NCBI GenBank assembly: GCA_937625935.1
Contig: OW569387.1
Span: forward strand, 341,573 to 405,572
Direction: 5' to 3'
DNA length: 64,000 nucleotides
Origin: Tetramitus jugosus
Taxonomy: Eukaryota; Protista; Heterolobosea
The notes under the pieces are model-generated. The model did not search any database and was not told the origin of the DNA. It saw only the letters and a program-made list of their open reading frames with translations. The position numbers were made by a program, and so were the translations under genes. Positions 1 to 12,202 of the stretch are shown here, piece by piece. Position 1 is the first letter of the stretch; each line of letters begins with the position of its first letter.

Positions 1-2
1 AG

Positions 3-34
<32 letters not shown>

Positions 35-1164
35 TGATGACAATGGATGAATCGGAAGAAACACTCTTGTTTGCCAATCATTTGATGAATCAGAGCTCAG
101 GTAGTAGTAGCTCTGGTGGTGGTGGTGGTAGAGGTTCGATGGGTGGTCGAAGTCATTCGAATGCTTCCTCGGACAGTGTCTCACTCACTCCACCAAAGCA
201 AGTACTGTACAGAAAGATGACTGATTCACAGATCAATGCCGTTGTCTTTTCATCAGATTCCATGATGATTGCTACGGCACACAATGACAAGACTGTGAAG
301 CTGTGGAACTCGAGAACAGGTACGATTACGACCACGTTGCACGGCAGTGCAGATGCAGTTGTCGCTGTGAGCATGTGCCCCAATCAGAGGTTGGTTGCAG
401 GCAGCAGCACAGACAACATTTGTCGTATATGGAGCATGGCAACAGCACGTGTGCAATACTCGCTCACTGGTCACACGAAAAAGATTTATGCCACAGATTT
501 TACAAATGACGGCAAGAGGTTGATCACTGGTAGTCACGATCGAACCATCAAGATTTGGGAACTGCAGTACGGTAACTGCGAAAAGACATTGTTGACATGC
601 AAGAGCAGTGTCAATGATTTGGAGTGTAACCCTGGAACACCCATTTTCATCTCTGGTCACTTTGATGCGTGTGCTCGATTGTGGGATCTGAGATCACCTT
701 ATACACTGGTCCACGAGTACAACACGATACACAAGCAACAAATTACATCGGTCAACTTCTCCAGGGACGGCAACACGTTGCTCACCAATGCACGAGACAA
801 TTTGCTGCAAGTGATTGATGTTCGTACGCACAAGATTCTGCACACACTGTCGCACGACGACTACAAGAACAATGTGAATCAAAATAAGGCTGTGATGAGT
901 CCATGTGGTTCCTATGCCATTGCAGGCACCAGTTCAACCAAGAATGTGTGTTACGTGTGGGACATTTCACCACGTTCTCTTGCCATGAGAATTGCTGCAT
1001 CTTCTTCTTCTTCTTCGTTTGGAAAGTCAACACCAATAGTCGTACCAAAGGCTGTGGCACTCGACGGTGGACACAAGCAGGCCATCACTGGTTGTGCATG
1101 GTCACCAGATGGAGCTCAAATTGCCAGTGTTTCCATTGATAAGCAACTTGTCGTCTATCAATAA
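1..1164 (+). CDS. ATG16: ATG16/TipD-like WD40 protein, C-terminal part (frame open from the window edge)
   Basis: About 7 WD40 repeats. ISGHFDACARLWDLRS and LLTNARDNLLQVIDVRT resemble the ATG16L1 propeller. Frame 1 has no stop from position 1, so the gene probably starts upstream of the window. Confidence 0.7.
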
Positions 1165-1254
1165 GTTCTTTTTTATAATACCTGTATGATAAAACAAAAA
1201 ACACACGAAGCTTAACTTATCATTGTGAAGATTTATTTATTCGATACTAAATGA

Positions 1255-1707
1255 TTACTCCATGTCATTCGATGACGATGTCAACAGATCAGTGACATAC
1301 TTGGAGAGCAGAATGACATTCTTGTCATTCTCAGCTCTCTTTTGCCAATAGGCTACACGTTCAGTCCATTGATCCACTTGCTTTTCAATAAATTGATCAA
1401 TAAACGTCGACTGATCACTACTACTCTTGTTATTACTATTACTGTTATTATTGTTATTGTGAATGGGCATGGGAACATAGAAACTGAGACCAGCATGAAC
1501 AAACATTTCTTCGTTATTGTCCGTTTTGGCTTCCAAGTGATAATTCTCTCCCATGTCGACCAACAAGTGATTCCGATGAGTCGATGGCTGTGACCGCATC
1601 GTTTTCACATGTGATGCCAATTGATTCCAATGATCGACTCTTGCTTGTGCACTGTCTCTCTGCATGAGACAATATTCCAAATCGGATTCCAATCCTCCTT
1701 CACCCAT
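1255..1707 (-). CDS. UXT-like alpha-type prefoldin subunit
   Basis: Helix - beta hairpin - helix layout; LLVDMGENYHLEA...MFVHAGLSFYV resembles the UXT hairpin core. Confidence 0.65.
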   Translation of the reverse strand: MGEGGLESDLEYCLMQRDSAQARVDHWNQLASHVKTMRSQPSTHRNHLLVDMGENYHLEAKTDNNEEMFVHAGLSFYVPMPIHNNNNNSNSNNKSSSDQSTFIDQFIEKQVDQWTERVAYWQKRAENDKNVILLSKYVTDLLTSSSNDME

Positions 1708-1767
1708 TATTTTGTTTTTTTGTTGTTTGAAGATCTATGAAGAAATGCAAGTGGAGGAGTTTTATTG

Positions 1768-4700
1768 TTACTGCTCTTGTTGGTTTTGTTTGCCTGTCAA
1801 GGATTGATGAATCATTTCAATATCGTGAGAGTTCTTGCTCTGTCTGTTGTCGACTTCTAGGTCCAGCTCGTCAATGGTTTCAAAGTCTTGTGGAGGAAGA
1901 TCGACAAAGGTTCCCGTCATGCTCGTGCCAGTGCTTTCATCGGATAGCTCCAGATCACCATTGTCTCTGTTTTTGGGGAAGAAGAAATCTCTGATGGAGA
2001 AACGTTTGGGATTTGAGCCAACGACTGGAGTTTGACTCGTATCAGAGGTTGTTCGAACAGCTCCACCAACCGTGTATTCTGCTTTGGTTCCAGTGAGAGC
2101 TGATGTTGAGGAGGTCTGCGTGGTGTGCATCGTGTTCTGGGCAATAGTCTTTCTTCTGTCCGTTGTAAAGTAGTCTTCTGGACTCAGTATCTTGCCGCTA
2201 GTAGATGTAGTTTTCTCTGGTGAGTCATAGCCAAAGATGATTCCGTTGTCGATGGGTTCGCTTGGAGGTGCGGACTCCCGTCTAACCAGACGCTTACCAT
2301 TGTTTGGTTTTGTTGAAATGATGATGGATGAAGCATTTTGAATCCGCTTCCCACCACCGCCTCTTAATGGTTTTACAATTTTTCTTTCTCTCCTTATTGG
2401 GTGAGGGCTGTCAGTGTACATGTCATCTTCACCGTACTCCACATGATCAAAATCATCATCACTATAATCGAAGGTGTGACTGGTGTTCACATCTCTGTGG
2501 AAAGTTGATTCAAACTCGTCTTCCATTCGTCTAATCACCTGGGTGAGCTTTTCAATCTCTAACTTCTGATTGTGAATTGTTTTGTTCTGGGTAGCTAGTT
2601 GTTCCTGATGTTTGTTTGCTTGCTCGTTGGTCTTGTTAATTAAATTCTTTAAATTTGTATCAAGGTTCGATATTCTATCATCCCGAATATTTAACTTGTT
2701 TTCCATTAGCTTGATTTGCAAATCCTTGTTATTTCTTTGTTGAGTAACGTCATGTAGTTGAGTTGTTGTTGCTTGAAGACTTCTCTGTAAGAATGCAATC
2801 TTGTCCAAATTCTTTTTGAGAGCAGAACTGTCGAAGAGCTGGTTGTGCTTGTCCCTAGCTTCATCAAGAAGCATCTCCAATTCAACAACTTTGTCACATC
2901 GGTTAGTTAGATCATTCATCAACGAGAGAATTTGTTTCTCATAAGTTTCTCTCTCCATAGCCATCCTCATATTAATCTTTTGGAGTTCATCTAACAACAG
3001 GACTGTATCATGAGTTTCTGCATTTGCACTTGCGTTGTTAGCTTTGATTCCAAAAGAAGCGGTTACATTTGTTAGGATTCTACTGAAGGTATTAGAAGAA
3101 GTTGCAGGAGATGATGTACTAGGCTCGAACGATTTTTGGGTTTTGGAGCTTGCTGTTCGTTTCTCACTATCAATGTTCTGAGCAACTGATGAGGTATCTG
3201 TCTCTGAACTCTCATCATTATTCTGTTCAATCAAAGAGATTTCTTCTCCAGTGACATCGTTCTTTCTGTCATCATTCTCATTCCAATCAGTGGTACTCTC
3301 ATTTTCTTCAGGTGCATCCAGGCACGATAACTTGTCCTTGAGCGATGAGATGGCTAGGGACATCTTTGCTTTTCTCTTCTGAAGAATTGAGATATCTTCA
3401 TCCTGGGTAGCAGCTTGCTGTTCCAAACTCTCAACAAGTTCGTTATGAGCATTGCTCATCACTTCAATGAAATCTTCAAGCTTTCGAATCTCTTGAGCCT
3501 TTGGGATTCTGTCAAGCTCTTCGATTTGGTTTTTGAGATCTGATACTTGTTGTTTCAAAATGTTCAAGTCCTTATTGGCAGTTTCATTTCTTATCTCCAA
3601 GTTTTCGATCGTAAAGTCTTTCTCTGTCGATTCATATTCGATCTTTTCTAACGACATTTTGAGTTCAGCTACCTCATTGGTTTTCATAGAGTTCATTGTT
3701 CGAAGATCGTTCATATAGCTATTTAAATCTCTTTCCACCTCTCGATAATATTCCATCTTTTCATCATATTCTTTGCTTAATTCGTTATATCGATTCTTAG
3801 CTTTCTCTTTCTCTTCATTCGCTTTCGCTAATTTATCTTTCTCTACTGCGATGTACTCTTCTAAGGATCGAATCTTTTCATCCAAATCTGGTCGACCCAC
3901 TGGAGTTTCGGTCTTTTCATTTTCATTGATCTTCTGTTTCTCTTCATCAGGTTCTTGTTGGGGCTCTACTTGGTCATTGATATCAATCTGCACCTTACCT
4001 CCGGTGTACTTCTTTAACTCTTTCTCTAATGCCAGAATGTACTTGTTGTTCTGAGCAATTTCAATCTTCGCCTTTTCTAATAACCGAGTTAGTTCCTTGA
4101 CGGATAATTCTCGGTTAACCTTTGGCTTATTCTTAATGCTCTTTGCTCTGATACCAAACCGTAGAGTTGATAGTGTTTCAAAATCATTGTATGTACTCGA
4201 AGAGCAATTAATTATCAACGTTGTTCTAGAATTTCCTCCAAGCGAATCCTGTAATAGTCGAGTTAGTTTGGAGTCTCGATAGGGAATGAATTTGGATTTA
4301 CCGTCAGTCAAAGCATTGATAACATTTCCGAGACACGAGAGAGACTTGTTAATGTTCTTTGCTTCTTCGAGCAGCTTACCAGCAGCACCTGTTTTCTTCA
4401 CCTTTTCCGAGCCAGCCAAGTCGACAAGAAACAACTTTCCAGATTTCGATTCGAGAGATACTGTATTCTTTTGAGATACAGTAACAATTAAGATACTGTG
4501 ACTGCGGGAAGACTCTTCGTTCATTCTTGTTGCAGATACGGTACGGTTCGCTGCTCCTTCTTTAATGAGTAGAAACACTTCGTCGGACGAGGTAACATAT
4601 TCTTCAGTGGCTCCTTGCACATAAATACCTCTCCCACTATCTCTATCCTCCTTGATTCTCAGATTCTGTTGGGTAGGGTCCAATAAATCTCGAATCTTCT

Positions 4701-5435
4701 CCAAATATATTTCCAGATAGGACACTTGAATAGTGAACTCAATAGCCGAGTCTGCACTGTCGACAGAAAAGAAAATGTTGTCAATGATACGGGGTATAAT
4801 ACCCTTCATTGTGGAGTCATCACAAAATCCCTAAGATAAACCAACAAAGCGAGTATGAAGTTGTTAGTTTTCGTATGGTATCATTCTTGAATGGACTACT
4901 TGAATGGTACATACAGTGAGATTGTCATTCGGACCCATCATTGTGAATCTGTTAGAATCAATAACATCAACAATAAAATATTAGTCAATGTTCTAAAGTG
5001 ACAGGAAGAGTAATGAGTAGAGGAGTAGGAGAGTGAACCATACGTTTTGCCACTACCTGTTTGACCGTAGACAAACACGGTACCATTGTAGCCTTTAAAT
5101 ATATCATCTACAATCGGCTGGCCAACTCTGTCATACACCATCTTTTGATCGGAACTCATGCCGAACACGTGGTCAAACACAAAGGAGTGTTTTCCTTGCT
5201 TTGGCTGTTTACAAGTCATTCAATCCAATTGACAGCATTTATATTCCAATGTTTGTTAGAATGGCAATCATTAAAAAACAGTGAGTAAAATGTGATTAGC
5301 AAGCTTACTTACGTTCTCTAGTTGAACTGTCTTTTCATCATCGTCAATCGAAAGGCATACAGCCCCACCAAGGGATAGCTCAAGCTTATTTTGCGGCCTA
5401 ATTCGACAAACAACTTGAATGTTACTCTCTGCCAT
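1768..5435 (-). CDS. Kinesin-1 (conventional kinesin heavy chain), 4 exons: 5435-5313, 5204-5044, 4948-4915, 4830-1768
   Basis: MAESNIQVVCRIRP start, P-loop GQTGSGKT, NEESSRSH, LVDLAGSE, long coiled coil, and tail IVKPLRGGGG (IAK-type autoinhibitory motif). Three GT-AG introns join the exons in frame. Confidence 0.93.
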
Positions 5436-5653
5436 TTGTTTTAATCAGTCCACAAGACAATACTTGATATACAAGAGAATTTCGAAGCTTTGTTTGTTTC
5501 GCGCACATTGACCTCAACTCAAACAAATAAAATTCCCCGGCGACTACAGCTTGTTGGCAAGCAAAGGAGAGGGTTTTGGCGCCTGTACAAGCTTCTAGTT
5601 CTCTATCAACATGTGGACTCATCAGAGAAGAGGCGCGATACTGGCTTAAATTG

Positions 5654-7229
5654 TCATTTCTTATCATGGTGAATTGTTTGTAGTATGGGAGGAAGTTTCG
5701 AATGAGCCTTCTTCTTCAGAACAACTATCCTTTTGACAAGATTGTTCTCAATTTTTTGCTTGTACCAACCGATAATCATTCCCACGATCACTCCCAGTAG
5801 ACCTATGCCGAACAATAAGTACACGCACAGGAATGCTCGACCCGCTCTCGAGTTAACAACAAGCTCACCATATCCGATACTGCAGAAAAGAAACCTGATC
5901 AGTGTTGCCCACTTTAGAAGAAGAAAAAATGAATTGGAGTAGTAATACATACGTCGACAAACTAACAAGAGAGAAGTATAATCCAATACCATAATTCCAG
6001 TTCTCAATGAGTGAGAGCACCATTGAACCCAATAGGACAAAGCAGATGACAACCGAAACTTGGAGACTAATTTGGATGAAGTGACTAGCTGCGGCCTGGT
6101 TAATTCTGATTCGGACTTTGTGATGTCTCTGAAACCAAGATCTTACTGCATGCATTCCTCTATGTCTCGAGAAAGTCGTATACTCATCAGTGATTGATAT
6201 TTGACCTGGTAAGTGACCTATGGGATGATTATGAGGGATACGAACGTCCACTTGGTTATAATCGGCTCCAGTCTCCGAAGTTCTATCTGTACTCAAATAA
6301 TTGGAGGAACTGCGCTCGCTCTCAGTATAATGATGAACATCTGTTTGCACTCCATCATGATGGCCCATAACGAAATGATTAAAGATATTGAAGATATGAG
6401 ACGTGATACACATGTACCTCTGACTGACGAAAGCAATCCAACCCGTTAGTAATGGCACTCCGATGATAATGCATACCGAGTTGTACGCTCTAGATCCTGC
6501 TCTGCTGGGCGCAAACTCACCATAACCTACTGTCGTTAGAGTGATTACGACTACGTACAGAGAGAGACCGTATCCCCAACCATGCTTACTCTCAATTGCC
6601 CACAGAGGAATCGCCATGAGAGCCAGAGTGGCACTTAGAGCCATACACGCCAGAATAAAGGTAAAAACATGTGTTCGAAGTTTTTTCAGAGATTCCTTTA
6701 AAGTTGGTCGCTGCTGTTCTCGTCGAATAATTGTTGTCTTTGTCGGTGGGATTCCACTAACTCCTCCTTCTTCCATTTCCTCCTCCATTATGATCAACCG
6801 GTCTAATTCTCCTTCATTTTCTTTATTCTTCTCCTCTACGATGACTTCATTGTGAGATTGCTCTTGGAGAGCTCGAGTTGAGCGACGATGTTGCCACGTA
6901 GCTGCTATACTCTCTTGAGTGATTGGATCCGGGATGCAATTCTTCAGTACATGAACATCTTCATCTGCAACAACGAAGCGTATCCAATTATTGTTGATCA
7001 GGGCATCAATCTCCAATGAAATATACGGCAGTTGTTGAATAATCCCTTCTTGCTTGTTGAAAGTGTGTACAGCTGTTGACAACACATTGGCATACTGTTG
7101 ATGTGGTTGACTAGATAATAAATCTTGTGCAGGAAAACAATGGACATGCCAAAAAGGTTTTTTGATCCGTATTGTCATCGCATAGGGTTCCAAAAGAAAG
7201 AAATGATACTCTTGTGGGTTCTCGTTCAT
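5654..7229 (-). CDS. Two-pore-domain K+ channel (4TM/2P, TPK-like), paralog A; intron 5880-5952
   Basis: P1 TLTTVGYGE; P2 SLST|IGYGE formed across a phase-2 GTATGT..CAG intron; four hydrophobic segments. Confidence 0.88.
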
Positions 7230-7337
7230 TGTTTGTTTTTTTACAATGTATTGAGATCAATTAATTATTCCGTCCGATTCAAAAAGGCAATTGTTGTTTT
7301 TGGATTGAGGTCTTCCCTCAGGGTTGTGGCAACATGT

Positions 7338-8941
7338 TCAGGGTTGTGTGACAACTTCTTTTTGAGACTCGTGCTTCTCTTTTTTTTCCTTTCTCAGAGC
7401 TCTCTTCGCTCGTCTCTTTTCGATCATCTTGGTGACATGTTTTTTGATCCTACTTTTGTAAAGGTCGAGACCCATTCCAATTATTACTGCCAGCAAGCCA
7501 ATGCCAATTAATAAATAAAAGCATAAAAGGACTCGGCCTGCTCTTGTTGTCACGAGAACATCTCCATATCCGATTCTGCACAGTATTGAATGAGTTGTGT
7601 TCTCAAGGGAGATAAGAGTGAAAAACCAAAAACTTACGTTGATAAACTAATAAGTGAGAAGTACAATCCCTCTCCGAAGTTCCAACCTTCAATCCTTTTA
7701 AAAACGGCAGATCCGATTAGGACATAAGCAATAATGATGAATACTTGAAGGCAAATCTTGAACGATTCGCTGGTGAGTATTTTTTGTAATGTTTCCCTTA
7801 CTCGACGATGCCTCTGAAACCAACTCCTCGCTCTGCCACTACTTTTGACTTGATTGGGTGTGTTGAGATCATTTGGGACTATGGGATTCCTGTTTCCACC
7901 ACCAGGTACGTTATCTTCCATGGATAATTGAGCCACATTGACATACACTGATGAATCATGGATATGGTTGTCACCCGGTTCATCTAGAGATGTGTTCGCA
8001 CTTTGTTCGTTCGTGGGCCGAACATTAGGAGTGACGGCAGCGTTGTTGTTCGTGACTGCTTGAGCATCATCGCTCATTGGTTGGAGGGCCTTCTCCGTTC
8101 CGTAATCAATTTCTTCATGGTGATCCAAGAGTGCATGACAGAAAATGTTAAAGCTGTGAGTAGTGATGGAAATGTATTTGGTGCTCACCAAAGCCAACCA
8201 CAGACCCAACAAGGGAACTCCAATCACAATAATGATACAATCAAGTGCTCTGCCTCCCTGCTTCTTTGGAGTGTAGTCACCGTACCCAACTGTGCACAAA
8301 GTCACAACGATAAAATACACTGTCACACCATATCCCCAACCTTCAGATTTCCCGATGGCCCACATGGGGATTGCCAATAAGAAAACTGCACATATAATCG
8401 CTATGTATCCAATAGCAACAATAATAAGATCTCTATGGATACGGTCAAATGATTGCTCGAGCGTTGGCCTCTTTCCATCTAGTTCCATCTCGGACGCCAA
8501 GATTTCTTCCTCTTTTTGTTCCTCTTCTTCCAACTGTCTGGTTTTCTCGAGTTCACGATTCTGTTCAACTTCTTCAATGCTCTGTTGTGTTACTGGATCG
8601 GAAACAACACTCTTCAATTTCTGAATGTCTTCATCTGCAACGACGAAACGGATCCATTCTTGGTTGATCAGAGCTTCTATCTCCAAGAAAAAGTACAATT
8701 GTGGTGGTGGGGGTGGTGAATCATTCTCGAGTTGTTCCTGAAGTTTCTGTTGATAATCTGATGCGAGATAGATTGAAGAGTCTGATGTGTTGGCATACTG
8801 AAAACACTCTTGTGGTTCATCACCTTCGACTTGACCCTTGGAATCAATGGGTTGTGGTATCGGAGATTTCATTCTGAGAGTAAGTTGATGGTGTTGAAGA
8901 AGATAATACTCGTATTCATGGTTAACCAATTCGGAAGTCAT
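7338..8941 (-). CDS. Two-pore-domain K+ channel, paralog B; intron 7576-7637
   Basis: P1 TLCTVGYGD; P2 SLST|IGYGD across a phase-2 GTAAGT..CAG intron at the same position as in paralog A. First ATG is at 8941. Confidence 0.88.
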
Positions 8942-9040
8942 AGTTGAGTGGTTGAGTGTATTGGTTTTGTTGCGAAAGCCATCACTAAAAAGTCGCTGAA
9001 CTATTTCGGGCAACAGCTCAGTTCAGGACAGGCAAAAGGT

Positions 9041-9144
9041 TGACGGAAGTGGGGTTCGAACCCACGCCCTTTCGGAACACGGATCTTAACTCAACCTGAG
9101 TGTATTCCTAAACGTGTCGCCTTAGACCTCTCGGCCATTCCGCC
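9041..9144 (-). tRNA. tRNA-Leu(UAG) with a 24-nt canonical intron (about 9083-9106)
   Basis: Minus strand reads GGCGGAATGGCCGAGAGGTCTAAGGCGACACG-TTTAGG-[intron]-CCGTGT-TCCGAAAGGGC-GTGGGTTCGAACCCCAC-TTCCGTCA. Acceptor, D, anticodon, long variable and T arms all pair, and a TTTT tract follows. Confidence 0.92.
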
Positions 9145-9431
9145 ATATAATGATAGAGATAGAGCAGAATTTGAAAAACTGCCTCCCAATCTGCGTCGAA
9201 GGCTGTGAAGGGTGTCTGGAAGCAACAGAGGGCTCTAACACAACCAGATCTAGTACAAGGACTTGTTGAACATGCTTAGGCAGAGAAATCAGGTTAGCGG
9301 AGAATGTTACTTCTGTGATCAATCCAAAGGTGCTCAATGAGCTTCGAGAGGTGGCGCTGTCATACTTCGCCGGGCCTTTCGCCTATTTAATTTCTTGTCA
9401 ACAACGATAATTGTGTGTCAAACATATCAAC

Positions 9432-11288
9432 ATGACCAAGAGATCATCTCTCCAGTCATCCTCCTCTTCATGCAAGAAATTGAAATCATCATATCAAACT
9501 TCTGAAAATCAAACCAAGTTCGTTCCTACGAATCAAGGTATTAAAGAGTTTCACTTCAATGAAATCGTCAGTAGAACAGACAATTCATGCCTGAATCAAC
9601 ATGTTGTGTTTGAAAACAAAATTCCTAACTTCGGTGCCCCTCATGAGATTGATCAAAATGCGTCTGGTCAATACAGAATGGTTCTCAGGAAAGAAGCATT
9701 AGAACTATTCGGGAAAATTGACCATTGGCATGAACAATTCAATGAAGATGGCAAAATGGATGATACGTGTCTTGAATTGTGGGGTAGTGGAGGTGTTGGT
9801 AAAACGGGGCTCTTGTTCCTAGCGACACAGTACTGCTTTGAAAAGGGGTGGCTAGTGATATACATGCCCATTGCTCCGAGTCCTTGTGAGATTGACCTGT
9901 GGTGCGAGGATATGTTGGAAGGGCTAAGAACTTACTATGGGAAGGAACAGATCGACCATAAAACTGTTGATGAGGCAAGCAAGCAACATGGAAGCGCTTC
10001 CCAGATCTTTACAAATGTGATTCAAAAATTAAGCACTAGATCATCCAAACCCGTACTGATAGTATCGGATCAATGGAACGTACTCAAGAGAGATGGTGAT
10101 ATGAACAATCCATTTTTTGCTTACTTCTCCAACTTAGAAGGAGTTGGAAGCAAAAGCAAGGCAGTTTTCCTCTGTGCTGTATCATCACAGGCAGCACCTA
10201 CCCTGCCAAAAACAGCCTTCAGAGATGCTAATCAACAAGCGACTGCCAAGACAATTGATCCATACGACGAAGCAGCCTTTATGTCACATTTGGCTCTCAT
10301 GCAAACTCTTGGCAAGTTGGAAAATCTTACAGTCGAAGAAGGGCAAATGATTCGTTATGAAACAGCATGTATTGCACGCTTAGTAACATGGATAGCTATG
10401 GGTGAGAACGACAGATTGGATATTTCTGAGTTTTCTAAAAAAGCAGTCAACTACTACAGCAAAAGAGTGGAAAACTTTTTGGATAGAAACGCAGATAAAG
10501 GTTCTGTCTACATTGCTGCATCCATTTATTTGAACAAAGTTGTGAAAGGACCTGTAGATGAAAGATGGATCGAACAAGGGCTTTTATTGAGCAAGGAAGA
10601 GGGAACCTACGATGCTCCATGTCCTAGTGCGAGGCTAGCTATTCTCTATGTTGTGAAATCTCGCAAATTAGATACATTAGATTTCTTGCTGACAGACATT
10701 CAATGCAGAGGTAGGGCTCTTGAATTACTAGTTCTCCAGTCCTTTTCTGAGGCTGACAGAATAAGACCAGTCACAAGAGTTGTTCCTCTCGATTCTACTT
10801 CCGAACTCAGAATTGGAGTTACAAAGATCTGCTATCAATCTGCTCCCGTTGGTCAAGTTTATGAAATTTTCGAGGTTGAAAGGGGTACAATGCTAGTTTG
10901 CCATAATTCCCATGCTGTGGTTGATTTTGTTTTCAGAACAATTGAAAACAATCTTGTTTTTGTCCAAGTGTCTAATTCTACATACTCAAAACACAGTCCC
11001 CAGACTGAAGAACTCTTCACCAAGACAATCCAAGTGAAAAGAAAGGGTAGTGTTGAATTAATGACGATGTATAATTTTTATAGATTGTGCGTGGGTATGA
11101 AGGAGGTTGACCCAAAAACAACACGCAAATCCCACGTGAGCACTACAGTTGTGTATCTTACTCCCTCACAAGTCAAGACCAGAAATGTTGCTGGAATTAC
11201 AATTCTCAATAGCAAAGAACAGTGGACAGCTTTTGTGGGGCAAGAGAATGCAGAGAGAGTATTCAGTACAAATGATATTGGTAAATAA
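9432..11288 (+). CDS. Crinkler/RHS-type P-loop NTPase + C-terminal PD-(D/E)xK (REase-fold) protein
   Basis: Walker A GSGGVGKT, Walker B VLIVSDQWN, then GRALELLV...HAVVDFVFRTIENNLVFVQVSNSTYSKH (D...QxS REase variant). Intronless. Confidence 0.65.
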   Translation: MTKRSSLQSSSSSCKKLKSSYQTSENQTKFVPTNQGIKEFHFNEIVSRTDNSCLNQHVVFENKIPNFGAPHEIDQNASGQYRMVLRKEALELFGKIDHWHEQFNEDGKMDDTCLELWGSGGVGKTGLLFLATQYCFEKGWLVIYMPIAPSPCEIDLWCEDMLEGLRTYYGKEQIDHKTVDEASKQHGSASQIFTNVIQKLSTRSSKPVLIVSDQWNVLKRDGDMNNPFFAYFSNLEGVGSKSKAVFLCAVSSQAAPTLPKTAFRDANQQATAKTIDPYDEAAFMSHLALMQTLGKLENLTVEEGQMIRYETACIARLVTWIAMGENDRLDISEFSKKAVNYYSKRVENFLDRNADKGSVYIAASIYLNKVVKGPVDERWIEQGLLLSKEEGTYDAPCPSARLAILYVVKSRKLDTLDFLLTDIQCRGRALELLVLQSFSEADRIRPVTRVVPLDSTSELRIGVTKICYQSAPVGQVYEIFEVERGTMLVCHNSHAVVDFVFRTIENNLVFVQVSNSTYSKHSPQTEELFTKTIQVKRKGSVELMTMYNFYRLCVGMKEVDPKTTRKSHVSTTVVYLTPSQVKTRNVAGITILNSKEQWTAFVGQENAERVFSTNDIGK

Positions 11289-11661
11289 GTTCTTGAATAT
11301 GGAGCTTTCATATTCGACCAGCAACTTGAAAATGAAAAAGTTATCCTTTTGAGCAAAAGTAAGCCAAGTCTTCTTCAACTTCTCTACCTCCTCGATTTGT
11401 TGTTCTCAGTCCAGGAAACACCTTTTTCAAGACCTGCTTCGAGAGTAACATGTCTGAGTAAAGAGAAGGGGTTGTCAATGGTGTGGACAAGGGAGTCGCC
11501 TTCAGAGGTTTATCAGACGATTTGTTTCCTGCTTTCAACATTCACGACGCCCAATGCGAATTTGAGTTTTGTTAGGAAGAGATGTTGGTCAAACCATAGT
11601 GTGAGTTGTAATTCGACCAAAACGCACATTATCTTTTTCAACGTGTCCCAAAAAAACAAAA

Positions 11662-12057
11662 ATGGTTCAACCTCTCATGTGGATCGAAGCCGAAGAATTG
11701 GCTCCCATTCTCCTATCCAACAATAAAAAGGTTCTCGTAGTGGATTTGCGTGATGAAGACTACGAAGTGGGTCATGTGATCAACTCTGTCAACTACCCCA
11801 GTCAGACATTGAACGAAGAAGCTCTGGAAAAATTGTTGAACAAGGTTGTGGACGAAGGAACAGAAATGATTGTCTTCCACTGTCATTACTCTCAAGTCAG
11901 AGGACCTGCTTTTGGCCAAAAATTCCACAACTTGGTCGAGGATAAACTACCTGAAACTAGTCAATTGCAGTGCAAGGTATTGAGAGGGGGATGGGGCAAT
12001 TGGCACAAGAGATACCGATCTGAAGTGGACGTACAACGATACATTACATTCCTGTGA
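11662..12057 (+). CDS. Single-domain rhodanese, Cdc25-like phosphatase / ACR2-type arsenate reductase
   Basis: VVDLRDEDYEVGHVINS, active-site HCHYSQVRGP (HCx5R), and LRGGWGNW. Confidence 0.88.
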   Translation: MVQPLMWIEAEELAPILLSNNKKVLVVDLRDEDYEVGHVINSVNYPSQTLNEEALEKLLNKVVDEGTEMIVFHCHYSQVRGPAFGQKFHNLVEDKLPETSQLQCKVLRGGWGNWHKRYRSEVDVQRYITFL

Positions 12058-12202
12058 AAGCTTTCACCAATAAAAAACCCGCCAAAAAAGAATGCCAACA
12101 ACTTGTTCGAGTCAATTCTGGAACCATCCCTCTTTGGCGCCTCTTTTTGTCAGTTTACTTTGACAAAAAACCAAATTTCAGATCACACAAAGAAAAAGCA
12201 AA

